Origin: Mobula hypostoma | Taxonomy: Eukaryota | Assembly: GCF_963921235.1 (NCBI RefSeq) | Contig: NC_086097.1 | Location: 91,018,001-91,082,000, forward strand | Length of the DNA: 64,000 nt | Direction: 5' to 3' | Shown: positions 1 through 11,934 of the stretch, piece by piece | Numbering within the stretch: the stretch's first letter is position 1 | Layout of the letters: every line of letters starts with the position of its first letter | Program-made: the position numbers and the translations under genes | The notes under the pieces: model-generated | Database searches by the model: none | What the model was told of the DNA's origin: nothing | Seen by the model: the letters and a program-made list of their open reading frames with translations, nothing else

Positions 1-3000
1 CCTGGTGTTACACCACACAGTACAATCATTCTCCTGGTGTTACACAACACAGTAAAATCATTCTCCTGGTGTTACACCACACAGTATAATCATTCTCCTG
101 GTGTTACACCACACTGTACAGTCATTCTCCTGGTGTTACACCACACAGTATAATCATTCTCCTGGTGTTACACCACACTGTGTAATCATTCTCCTGGTGT
201 TACACCACACAGCATAGTCATTATCCTGGTGTTACACCACACAGTATAGTCATTCTCCTGGTGTTACACCACACTGTACAGTCATTCTCCTGGTGTTACA
301 CCACACTGTATAATCATTCTCCTGGTGTTACACCACGCAGTACAGTCATTCTCCTGGTGTTACACCACACAGTACAATCATTCTCCTGGTGTTACACCAC
401 ACAGTATAATCATTCTCATGGTTCGTACACCACACAGTATAATCATTCACCTGGTGTTACACCACACAGTATAATCATTCTCCTGGTGTTACACCACACT
501 GTACAGTCATTCTCCTGGTGTTACACCACACAGTATAATCAATCTCCTGGTGTTACACCACACAGTTCTCCTGGTGTTACACCACACAGTATAATCATTC
601 TCCTGGTGTTACACCACACTGTACAGTCATTCTCCTGGTGTTACACCACTCAGTATAATCATTCTCCTGGTGTTACACCACACAGTATAATCATTCTCCT
701 GGTGTTACACCACACAGCATAGTCATTCTCCTGGTGTTACACCACACAGTATAGTCATTCTCCTGGTGTTACACCACACTGTACAGTCATTCTCCTGGTG
801 TTACACCACACAGTATAATCATTCTCCTGGTGTTACACCACACAGTATAGTCATTCTCCTGGTGTTACACCACACTGTACAGTCATTCTCCTGGTGTTAC
901 ACCACACAGTATAATCATTCTCCTGGTTCGTACACCACACAGTATAATCATTCTCCTGGTGTTACACCACACAGTATAATCATTCTCCTAGTGTTACACC
1001 ACACAGTATAATCATTCTCCTGGTGTTACACCACACAGTATAGTCATTCTCCTGGTGTTACACCACACTGTACAATCATTCTCCTGGTGTTACACCACAC
1101 AGTATAATCATTCTCCTGGTGTTACACCACACAGTATAATCATTCTCCTGGTGTTACACCACACAGTATAATCATTCTCCTGGTGTTACACCACACAGTA
1201 TAATCATTCTCCTGGTGTTACACCACACAGTATAATCATTCTCCTGGTGTTACACCACACAGTATAATCATTCTCCTGGTGTTACACCACACAGCATAGT
1301 CATTCTCCTGGTGTAACACCACACAGTATAGTCATTCTCCTGGTGTTACACCACACTGTACAGTCATTCTCCTGGTGTTACACCACACTGTATAATCATT
1401 CTCCTGGTGTTACACCACACAGTATAGTCATTCTCCTGGTGTTACACCACACAGTACAATCATTCTCCTGGTGTTACACCACACAGTATAATCATTCTCC
1501 TGGTGTTACACCACGCAGTACAGTCATTCTCCTGGTGTTACACCACACAGTACAATCATTCTCCTGGTGTTACACCACACAGTATAATCATTCTCATGGT
1601 TCATACACCACACAGTATAATCATTCTCCTGGTGTTACACCACACAGTATAATCATTCTCCTGGTGTTACACCACACTGTACAGTCATTCTCCTGGTGTT
1701 ACACCACACAGTATAATCAATCTCCTGGTGTTACACCACACAGTTCTCCTGGTGTTACACCACACAGTATAATCATTCTCCTGGTGTTACACCACACTGT
1801 ACAGTCATTCTCCTGGTGTTACACCACTCAGTATAATCATTCTCCTGGTGTTACACCACACAGTATAATCATTCTCATGGTGTTACACCACACAGCATAG
1901 TCATTCTCCTGGTGTTACACCACACAGTATAGTCATTCTCCTGGTGTTACACCACACTGTACAGTCATTCTCCTGGTGTTACACCACACTGTATAATCAT
2001 TCTCCTGGTGTTACACCACACAGTACAGTCATTCTCCTGGTGTTACACCACACAGTACAATCATTCTCCTGGTGTTACACCACACAGTATAATCATTCTC
2101 CTGGTGTTACACCACACAGTATAATCATTCACCCGGGTGTTACACCACACAGTATAATCATTCTCCTAGTGTTACACCACACAGTATAATCATTCTCCTA
2201 GCGTTACACCACACAGTATAGTCATTCTCCTGGTGTTACACCACACTGTACAATCATTCTCCTGGTGTTACACCACGCAGTATAATCATTCTCCTGGTGT
2301 TACACCACACAGTAAAATCATTCTCCTGGTGTTACACCACACAGTATAATCATTCCCCTGGTGTTACACCACACTGTATAATCATTCTCCTGGTGTTACA
2401 CCACACAGTATAATCATTCCCCTGGTGTTACACCACACAGTATAGTCATTCTCCTGGTGTTACACCACACTGTATAATCATTCCCCTGGTGTTACACCAC
2501 ACAGTATAGTCATTCTCCTGGTGTTACACCACACAGTATAATCATTCTCCTGGTGTTACACCACACTGTATAATCATTCCCCTGGTGTTACACCACACTG
2601 TATAATCATTCTCCTGGTGTTACACCACACTGTATAATCATTCCCCTGGTGTTACACCACACTGTATAATCATTCTCCTGGTGTTACACCACACTGTATA
2701 ATCATTCTCCTGGTGTTACACCACACAGTATAATCATTCTCCTGGTGTTACACCACACTGTATAATCATTCTCCTGGTGTTACACCACACTGTATAATCA
2801 TTCTCCTGGTGTTACACCACTCAGTATAGTCATTCTCCTGGTGTTACACCACACAGTATAATCATTCCCCTGGTGTTACACCACACTGTATAATCATTCC
2901 CCTGGTGTTACACCACACAGTATAATCATTCTCCTGGTGTTACACCACACAGTACAATCATTCTCCTGGTGTCACACCACACAGTATAATCGTTCTCCTG

Positions 3001-3810
3001 GTGTTACACTACACTGTACAGTCATTCCCCTGGTGTCACACCACACAGTATAATCATTCTCTGGTGTTACACCACACAGTATAATCATTCTCCTGGTGTC
3101 ACACCACACAGTATAATCGTTCTCCAGGTGTTACACTACACTGTACAGTCATTCCCCTGGTGTCACACCACACAGTATAATCATTCTCCTGGTGTTACAC
3201 CACACAGTATAATCATTCTCCTGGTGTTACACCACACTGTACAGTCATTCTCCTGGTGTTACACCACACAGTATAATCATTCTCCTGGTGTTACACCACA
3301 CAGTATAATCATTCTCCTGGTGTTACACCACACAGTATAATCATTCTCCTGGTGTTACACCACACAGTATAATCATTCTCCTGGTGTTACACCACACAGT
3401 ATAATCATTCTCCTGGTGTTACACCACACAGTATAATCATTCTCCTGGTGTTACACCACACAGCATAGTCATTCTCCTGGTGTTACACCACACTGTACAG
3501 TCATTCTCCTGGTGTTACACCACACAGTACAATCATTCTCCTGGTGTTACACAACACAGTAAAATCATTCTCCTGGTGTTACACCACACAGTATAATCAT
3601 TCTCCTGGTGTTACACCACACTGTACAGTCATTTTCCTGGTGTTACACCACACAGTAAAATCATTCTCCTGGTGTTACACCACACTGTATAGTCATTCTC
3701 CTGGTGTTACACCACACAGTATAGTCATTCTCCTGGTGTTACACCACACAGTATAATCATTCTCCTGGTGTTACACCACACTGTATAATCATTTTCCTGG
3801 CATTACACTG
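1..3810. repeat. 32-bp tandem satellite/minisatellite (consensus CCTGGTGTTACACCACACAGTATAATCATTCT), roughly 118 units, open at the window start
   Basis: The unit recurs at 1, 33, 65 and onward. ORF-track peptides repeat every 32 aa (3 units). The array decays into degenerate units after ~3790. Confidence 0.98.
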
Positions 3811-4219
3811 CTCCATACAGTCACACACTTGGAGTTCTACAAGGCTGCACAGCCACGTTCCAGAGGTCACACTATACAGAAGAGTCACGCTTCTGGAGAT
3901 ACTCCCTAGTCACGTACAGTGAACAAATTACCAAACAGAAAATGATGTGATCCAGGCAGTTAGGAAGCAGAAGCTACAATATGACCTTCCTGCTAAAACG
4001 GGCAGCAGATTTAGCCTTTTCTTTGTTCTGCCCACCCTCACATCATTTATAGCTCAGTTAAGCTGGTCTCATTAACCATTTGTTATGAGTCATTTAGTTC
4101 CTCTCATCTGATGTTTCTTTCCATTTGTTTTCAGCAGGCTACTCTGTCCCAATACACTTGGTCAGGAAGAGGGGATTAAGGGTCAGTGCTGACACATGAA
4201 GTTTGATGTGACCTTCAAC

Positions 4220-4740
4220 TTCAAAGTTCAAAGTGTATTTATTATCAAAGTACATATATGTCACCCATATAATCTCGAGATTCATTTTCCTGCGGGCATA
4301 TTCAGCAAATCCATTAGCCATAACAAAATCAATGAAAGACCGTACCCAATGGGGCAGACAACCAGTGTGCAAAAGACAGAAAACTGCAAATACAAATAAA
4401 AGCAAAGAATAAATAATAATAAATAAATAAGCAATAAATACTGAGACCATGAGATGAAGAGTCCTTCAAACTGAGTCCATAGATTGTGGGAACATTTCAG
4501 TGATGGGGCAATAGAAGCTGAGTGAAACTATCTCCTCTGGTTCAAGAACCTGATGGTTGGGGCTAATACCTGATCCTGAACCTGGTGTTATGAGTCCTGA
4601 GGTCCTGTACCTTCTTCCTAATGGCAGCAGTGAGAAGAGAGCATGATCTTGGTGGTAAGGGTCCCTGATAATGGATACGGCTTTCCTGCAACAGCACTCC
4701 ATGTAGATGTTCTCAGTGGCGGGGAGAGCTTTACAACTTG
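4220..4740 (-). mobile_element. Rex1/Babar-like LINE 3' end (ORF C-terminus plus 3' UTR)
   Basis: ORF 4466..4702 reads RKAVSIIRDPYHQDHALFSLLPLGRRYR, the typical Rex1/Babar C-terminal motif. The ...ACTTTGAACTTTGAA tail is shared with the copy at 60515-61270. Confidence 0.75.
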
Positions 4741-5089
4741 AAAGGTTTTACAGATCTGACTACAGTACCACAAAAATATTCCAGGAGAGGTAGCAACAAC
4801 ATTTGCTGTGTCATATTTTAGAGCTGAAAAGCTTATTGAAGGAAGACGCTGAGAAGGGAATTCTGGAGTTTCTGTACCCACCTGCGGTGGGGGGAGCAAA
4901 AGATGTTATGAGCAAAAGGCTGGAAGCGGATAAATGCAGAGACCTCACTGAATTGTAAGGTTGAAGGTGATTCCATGTTCCGTATTTCCAAACCACTTGG
5001 CCCATTGAATTCTTGATGGCTCACAGAGCAATGTCATTTTTTCAGTAATTTTCCCTGTAACTTATTATCCCTACATAATCATCAATTGC

Positions 5090-5282
5090 CACCAGATTTT
5101 ATTCCTCACTCAATCACCAGGAGCAATCTACAGGGGCCAAGCTAATCTTCTACCATATTTGAGATGCGGAATAAAAACCGGAGTCCTTGATGTAAACCCA
5201 TGCATTCACAGAGAGAGCACACAGACCTCAGGCAAACAGTCCTGGAGGTCAGGTTTGAATCTGGGAGCCAGCAGCTCTACAG
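5090..5282 (-). mobile_element. Degenerate V-SINE/HE1-like SINE
   Basis: The reverse complement resembles the SINE body at 34030, 35340, 42220 and 56700. Confidence 0.55.
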
Positions 5283-5340
5283 GAGGTTAGTTAAATGGAC
5301 AGTGGGAATAGGTAAATAATTAGGTCAATCATTTGGTTGA

Positions 5341-6504
5341 TAAGACCATAAGACAAAGGAGCAGAAGTCGGCCGTTCAGCCCATCGAGTCTGCTCCACCA
5401 TGTTATCATGAGCTGATCCATTCTCCCATTTATTCCCACTTCCCCGCCTTCTCACCATAACCTTTGATGGCCTGGCTACTCAGATACCTATCAATCTCTG
5501 CCTTAAATACACCCAATGACTTGGCCTCCACTGCTGCCCGTGGCAACATATTCCACAGATTCACCACCCTCTGGCTAAAAAAATTCCTTCGCATCTCTGT
5601 TTTGAATAGCCGCCCTTCAATCCTTAAATCATGCCCTCTCGTACTAGACTCCCCCACCATGGGAAACAATTTTGCCACATCCACTCTGTCCATGCCTTTC
5701 AACATTCGAAATGTTTCTATGAGGTCTCCCCTCATTCTTCTAACCTCCAAGGAATACAGTCCAAGAGTGGACAAACGTTCCTCATATGTTAACCCTCTCA
5801 TTCCCAGAATCATTCTAGTGAATCTTCTCTGAACCCTCTCCAATGTCAGCACATCCCTTCGTAAATAAGGGGCCCGAAACTGCCCACAGTACTCCAAGTG
5901 AGGTCTTACCAGTGCCTTATAGAGCCTCAACATCACATCCCTGCTCCTATACTCTATTCCTCTAGAAATGAATGCCAACATTGCATTTGCCTTCTTCACT
6001 ACTGACTCAACCTGGAGCTTAACCTTAAGGATATCTTGCACGAGAACTCCCAAGTCCCGTTGCATCTCAGAACTTTGTATTCTCTCCCCATTTAAATAAT
6101 AGTCTGCCTGTTTATTTCTTCTACCAAAGTGCATAACCATACACTTTCCAACATTGTATTTCATTTGCCACTTCTTTGCCCATTCTCCCAATCTATCCAA
6201 GTCTCTCTGCAGACTCTCTGTTTCCTCAGCACTACCGGCCCCTCCACCTATCTTCATATCATCAGCAAACTTAGCCACAAAGCCATCTATTCCATAATCC
6301 AAATCGTTGATGTACAACGTATAAAGAAGCGGCCCCAACACTGACCCCTGTGGAACACCACTGGTAGCCGGCAGCTAACCAGAATAGGAACCCTTTATTC
6401 CCGCTCTCTGTTTCCTGCCAATCAACCAACGCTCTATCCACGTATGTAACTTTCCCGTAATTCCATGGGCTCTTATCTTGCTTAGTAGCCTCATGTGCGG
6501 CACC
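5341..6504 (-). mobile_element. CR1 LINE, 5'-truncated, with an open RT C-terminal ORF
   Basis: ORF 5430..6341 (303 aa) contains LGPLLYTLYINDL, KFADD, LYKALVRPHLEY and RGDLIETF. CR1-type 3' repeat tail. Confidence 0.95.
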
Positions 6505-6869
6505 TAATTTTGAAGGTTTAGAAGTTTGGTGGAAGTAAGAAACAGTGGGGAGCTGTGCATCTCAGTGTTAATGTGTCTCTTTATCACACCACTTTCTAAT
6601 GATTTGACTAACTTCTTGCCTCTTTCTCTCATGCCTGAAACTTGTAGGTGACCATTCTTGTGGGTTTTTTTCTTGTCTGCCTGCCTGTCCACTTCTGTCA
6701 GCATTATGCTTCACTGCTTATGTGTCCACCTCTGTGTTGCTGACACACATTGTGGCTTTTGTTTTTATCTATACACCACACAGCCAATCTGTTCCCCTCC
6801 GTGTCTCATGTCTGAGACACCACTTCTGTTTGTGTGGTTTGTACTTCTATCCCGATGTGTAGATTTCCC

Positions 6870-7100
6870 AGACACAAGAAACTGCAGGCACTGGAACCTG
6901 GAGCAACACACAAAAGCACCGAGGTGCTCAGAGCGTCGAACAGCATCTGTGGAGGAAACAGATAATCAGCATTTTAGGACAAGACCCTTCGGTTGGAGAA
7001 GGTTGATATCCAGAGGAAGGATCAACCCAAGACATTGATTGTTCCCTCCATAGATGTTGCCTGCTTCACTGAGTTCCTCCAGCATTTTGTGTGTTGCTGT
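6870..7100. mobile_element. Old Penelope-like terminal-repeat mini-element with inverted ends
   Basis: GCAACACACAAAAGC...CTCAG at the left end is inverted relative to CTGAGTTCCTCCAGCATTTTGTGTGTTGC at the right. Degraded hammerhead segment at ~6968-6995. Confidence 0.65.
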
Positions 7101-7464
7101 AAATTTTGCAATCTATTTGCAATCAGCCTGTGTCCATCTCTGACCTGTATCTGTTGGGTAGATATTAGACCTCTTCATTTTATCAAGACCAATGCAGGGG
7201 TGAAGAACAGGATAATGGGTCTATTTGCACTGTGTTCCTTGATTATTTTCCACTGACCCTAATGACAGTCCCTCTGACTAGGAGTGAGGCTGTCTCTGAC
7301 CTCCCAGTTAGGTCAGACCAAAAAGCTTCCCCTCAATTCCCCGTTTGTTCTCTCTATCTGTGTGCTCATCTCTGCATGTCTTTTTTTAATGTTTATGTCT
7401 CTCTGCCAGTATCAAGCTTTACTTGCCTCTCAGTATACAGCACTGTGCAAAAGGCACAGATATA

Positions 7465-8537
7465 ACTGGATCAGAAAATTTGCGGATGACACCAAGATTA
7501 GGGGTGTAGTGGACAGTGGGGAAGGCTATTATGACCTGTAGAGGGATCTGAATCAGCTGGAAAAATGGGCTGACAATAGCAGATGAAATTTAATACAGAC
7601 AAGTGCGAGATAGGACCAACCAGGGTAGGTCTTACACAGTGAATAGTAGGGCACTGAGGATTGCGGTAGAACAGAGGAATCTGGGAATACAGGTATGTAA
7701 TTCATTGAAAGTGGTATCACAGGTAGATAGGGTTGTAAAGAAAGCTTTTGGCACATTGGCCTTCATAAATCAATGTATTGTGTATAGCAACATACATCAA
7801 AGTTGCTGGTGAACGCAGCAGGCCAGGCAGCATCTCGGCCTGAAACGTCGACTGCGCCTCTTCCTATAGATGCTGCCTGGCCTGCTGCGTTCACCAGCAA
7901 CTTTGATGTATGTTGCTTGAATTTCCAGCATCTGCAGAATTCCTGTTGTTTGCGTTTATTGTGTATAGCTGAAGTTGTACAAGACGTTAGTGAGGCCTAA
8001 TTTGGAGTATTGTGTGCAGTTCTGGTCACCTACCTACAAGAATGATGTAGACAAATTTGAAAGAGTGCAGAGAAAATTTACAAGGATGTTGCTGGGTTTG
8101 GAGGACATGAGTTATAAGGAAAGATTGAATAGATTAGGACCGTAGAATGTAGAAGATTGAGAGAAGATTTGATAGAGGTATACAAAATTATGAGGGTTAT
8201 AGATAGGGTAAATGCAAGCAGGCTTTTCCCACTGCATTAGGTGGGACTACAACCAGAGGCCATGGCATAAGGGTGAAAGGTGAGATATTTAAGGAGAACA
8301 TGAGGGGAAACTTCTTCACTCCAGGGGTCATGAGAGCGTGGAATGAGCTGCCAGCACAAGTGGTCCATGCAAGCTCAATTTCACCATTTAAGAGAAGTTT
8401 GGATAGGTACATGGATAGTAGGGAAATGGAGGGCTGTGGTTTTGGTGCAGGTCAATGGGAGTACATGGTTTAAATGGTTTCGGCATAGACTAAATGGGCA
8501 AGGGCCTGTTCTGTGCTGTACTTCTCTACGACTCTAT
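7465..8537 (+). mobile_element. CR1 LINE 3' fragment, interrupted by a Penelope-derived insert
   Basis: [11 protein letters not shown] and RGNFFT...AWNELP motifs in frameshifted ORFs. Confidence 0.9.
7789..7956 (+). mobile_element. Penelope-like pLTR mini-insert with a perfect 49-bp inverted repeat and 13-bp TSD
   Basis: IR at 7787-7835 and 7868-7916. TSD TATTGTGTATAGC at 7776-7788 and 7957-7969. Nearly identical to the Penelope end at 13424-13540. Confidence 0.9.
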
Positions 8538-9109
8538 ATATAGCTAGGGTGCCTAAGACTTTTGGACAGTCCTGTATGTGTGTGTGGATGCAGGTGTGCG
8601 CATGTATAAATCTATGCAATATCCACATACCTCTTTGCTTCCCTACCTGCCTGTGTCTCCCAGTGCCAGAAGGACCGAAAGCCCAAATCCCAGTGAAACT
8701 GATCTATCAGCATTTCACCAATTGAGGCATTTCCTCATAACCCACTTCCCTAACTAAACCTGGCAAGCAACACTCACCTTGAATGTGAATGCTGTGTGAC
8801 AAAAAAAAGGCTTGTTAAAAAAAAAATGATTAATGCCTTCAGAAAATCTAGGGGCCAAACAGAGGGCCTCTCTCCCAGCTGGCTGCCTGGTCCTGTGACA
8901 GTTTCATGGCTCAGAGCCGTTGAATATAAAACACATGCACTCACTGTGAATGAAAGGGCGCAGGGAGGCTCAAGACTGTGACTACTAGTTATGACGTCTC
9001 CTTTCTGTTGAGCTGACAGAAATGCATACTAAGAAGCAGTAACACATTCTGAAGAGTCTGAATGACAACCTTACCATGGGAATCAGGGACTGGCTGTCTG
9101 CTCTCATAT

Positions 9110-9430
9110 ACTTCTATCATATCTGCCTTCACCCTCCTTCACTGCAGGAAAACAATCACAGTGTATTTAATTTCTCCTGAGAACTCCAGACTTCTGATCT
9201 GCACAACATTGTAGTGAATTTCCTCTGAACCCTCGCTAGCTTTTATCTTTCCTTTAACGCGGTAACCAGAACTGCGTAGAGCATCCCAAGAGGGCTTACC
9301 CGATGTTTTGTACAACTGTAACATGATGTTTCAACTCCTGGCCAATGAAGGAAAGTATGCTGTTTAGTTCTCTCAGCACGCTGTCTACCTGGGCCCTCAC
9401 TTTTAAGGAACTATGTACTTGTAGCTCAAG
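9110..9430 (-). mobile_element. Old CR1 fragment
   Basis: MLQLYKT... motif in ORF 9139..9324; heavily decayed. Confidence 0.6.
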
Positions 9431-10070
9431 CAACAAGCAATCTGCTGGAATAACTTAGAGGATCAAACAGCTGTAACATTCATAGTTCTGTACATGCAGA
9501 ATATAAATTCCACGGAGAGAGGATATTGAGTTGGAAATCATTAGGAAGGATATATATAGAGCTAGGGTGCCTCAGACTTGTGCATAATACTGCAGTAATT
9601 TTATGTATTGCACTGACTGCTGCTGCTGCCAAAAAAATCATGATATGTGAGTGATGATAAACCTGATTCTGATATATCTATTGTGGACTGAGAGTGGGAA
9701 GGGAGCAGGGAGAGTGGAATCCTGGTTGGGAAAAGGGGAAGGGAGAGGGGAGGGAGTGAGGAGGGAGAGGGGAGGGAGAGGGGAGGGAGAGGGGAGGGAG
9801 AGGGGAGGGAGAGGGGAGGGAGTGGGAATCACCAATAAATCAATTGTTTGGAATTGTCTCAGAGCTGGGTGTGCTTCCATCCGAGCCACCTCCTGCCCCG
9901 GCACTCATTGCTTGCCACCTATCCCACGCCCCTCCTGCTGCGCACCATCCTCGCCATTCCCAACATCTTCTGCTCCTGCCAGATTTACAAACCCACTCTC
10001 CGCTCCACGTTGGCAAATACAGTAGTGTGCAAAAGCCTTAGACACCCTAGCTATTTATATGCGCCTAAGA

Positions 10071-11250
10071 TGTCACGAGCCCTGCGGCTTGCCTGAGAGC
10101 ATTGCGTTTCTCGGGCTATTGTGCACCTGTACTTTCTAATCAATATTTTAGCGAGAGTTGTTAAGTCGTCGTGTTTTCAGTTTAATCTCATCCAGTTAAT
10201 TGTGGCTGGCACACGTTTCCAGCATTCTAAGATTATTTAAAGAGGTCTCCCATTCAGTGCCCTAGTGGGGTCATTGTGACAGAGAGAACGAATTGTCTTG
10301 TAGTGTCACTCAGTAGGTCCTCTGAGGCTCTGTTAGTATTCCGATGCCTAACCTCTTGTTTCTATGTCTCCCTGGGGATCCCGCCGTTCCTCTGCACCTC
10401 AGTCCAGTCCTTCATGGGCTCACCATGATGGAATAACCCCATTAACCCTATGGACCAACGAAAGGTTCTGAGCTTCTCCAGTCTTTGTTCAGGATTTTTT
10501 CCAAGTTTCTCTGGGTCAACAAGGTTCATAAAGTCTCCAAGTTATATGCAATGTTTCCAAGTTATTTGCAATGTTTCCAAGTTATATGCTATATTTCCAA
10601 GTTATATGCTATGTTTCCAAGTTATATGCAATGTTTCCAAGTTACATGCTGTGTTTCCAGGTTATAGCCTATGTTTCCAAGTTATATGCTGTTTCTGAGT
10701 CAAATGCAATTTTTCTGAGCTATATGATCCGTTCCTGATTTTTCCAGCGCTGCCTTGTGGTTTTTTGGACCTGCCTCGAGACCATCAGAGCTGTTCGGCA
10801 TTTTTCTGGCGCTGCCTCGAGCTCCGGGTTTGCCTTGTATTTTTCAGACCTGCCTCGAGAGTGTTGTCAGGTGCCAGCCTTGGAGGAGAAGGTATTATCA
10901 TGAGCCTTGCAACTTGCCACAGAGCATTGAGCTTCTAGGGCTTTTGAGTACCTGATTTTACTAAACAATATCTTAATTAGAGTCGTTAAACCCTTTTTGG
11001 TTTAATCTTGCCAAATTAGTTGTGGCTGGCACATGTTTCCTGTATTCCATGATTATTTAAGGAGGTCTCCCATTCAGTGTCTTAGTGGGGTTAATATGTA
11101 GGAGAGAATGAATTATTTTGTGCTGTTTTTCAGAAGGCCCTCTGAGGCTCTGTTGGTATTCCGATGTCCAACCTCTTGTCTCCCTGTCTTCCTAGGGATC
11201 TTGCCGTTCCTCCGCACCTGGGACCAGTCCTCCGAAAGTGCATCATGACA
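10071..11250 (+). mobile_element. TRIM-like non-autonomous LTR retroelement (LTRs ~10071-10430 and ~10896-11250)
   Basis: TGTCA...TGACA termini, 5-bp TSD TAAGA (10066-10070 and 11251-11255), two alignable ~355-360 bp direct repeats, and purine tract GGAGGAGAAGG just before the 3' LTR. Confidence 0.88.
10498..10735. repeat. 20-bp tandem repeat (TTTCCAAGTTATATGC[A/T]ATG) inside the TRIM
   Basis: About 8 clear copies at 20-bp period from ~10534 to 10700, with degenerate flanks. Confidence 0.9.
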
Positions 11251-11934
11251 TAAGATTTTTGCTTAATACTATAAAATATCCCCTCCTCCCGTGCCAACAC
11301 CACCATATATATGCTGAGATTGTTTGTTTACATCAATATGTGGACAACAACAGAAAAGAAAGTGAAGAAGTTTTGAATTTTTGTTTTCCTACCTGAAATA
11401 TGACACTGTTGCAAACACATAATTTAATCGAAATTGTTTTCTAAATTGAAGCCCCACTGCACTGAAACTATGAGATTGCAAATGTAACCCCTTTGTAACG
11501 ATTTTGAAATTGTGGCTTTGTACCATACCAAGATTGTATTAAATAGGCCATGTATTTATCAGACAGGAGCAAAAGGTGAGTATTGAAGCTTTGATTGGTG
11601 TGGTCTGGATTAGTTGGATTAGGGGAGGGAGCTACAGGATAGTGTGAAATAGTGAGACAGCTTGAAAGTACTGCAGTTCAGGAAAGGTCGACAAGTAGTT
11701 TACCAGAAGTCATGCCTCATTGGATTGTCTGAAGATTCATTGTAAGATGTTCGTGTGCACATATGCTGGTCTTGTAGTACAAAGGGATAGGGAGATAATG
11801 AATGATATAATTACATCAGCTTTCATTGTAATCTTCCAATCACATGTAAGGCATGACCACAAAATAAAAAGCTGTTCCATTATCTATAGATTATTATTAT
11901 GGATCTATTATTATCTTCGCAGTGATTGATTGGG

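Larger units (their letters stand above)
10018..11272. mobile_element. Tiny (~70 bp) Tc1-type palindromic MITE, split by an LTR element
   Basis: TA-CAGTAGTGTGCAAAAGCCTTAGACAC on the left. Removing 10071-11255 restores GCGCCTAAGATTTTTGCTTAATACTATA as the right TIR. Related TIR halves at 8537-8577 and 9551-9593. Confidence 0.65.

Noticed and set aside
261..3756. Repetitive ORFs (HHTVQSFSWCYTT...) as a repeat protein
   Set aside because: The 32-bp period is not a multiple of 3, stops are frequent and starts are GTG, so these are artefacts of the satellite.
1..3810. CRISPR array (32-bp palindromic repeat)
   Set aside because: Units are head-to-tail with no unique spacers, there are no cas genes, and the context is eukaryotic.
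5464..5832. Antisense ORFs over CR1 copies (also 16561, 18184, 28713, 38006, 38824)
   Set aside because: Shadow frames of LINE ORFs that recur only because the LINE recurs.
9715..9826. Functional G-quadruplex element or Gly/Glu-rich ORF
   Set aside because: Low-complexity GGGA tract within an apparent repeat; no independent support.
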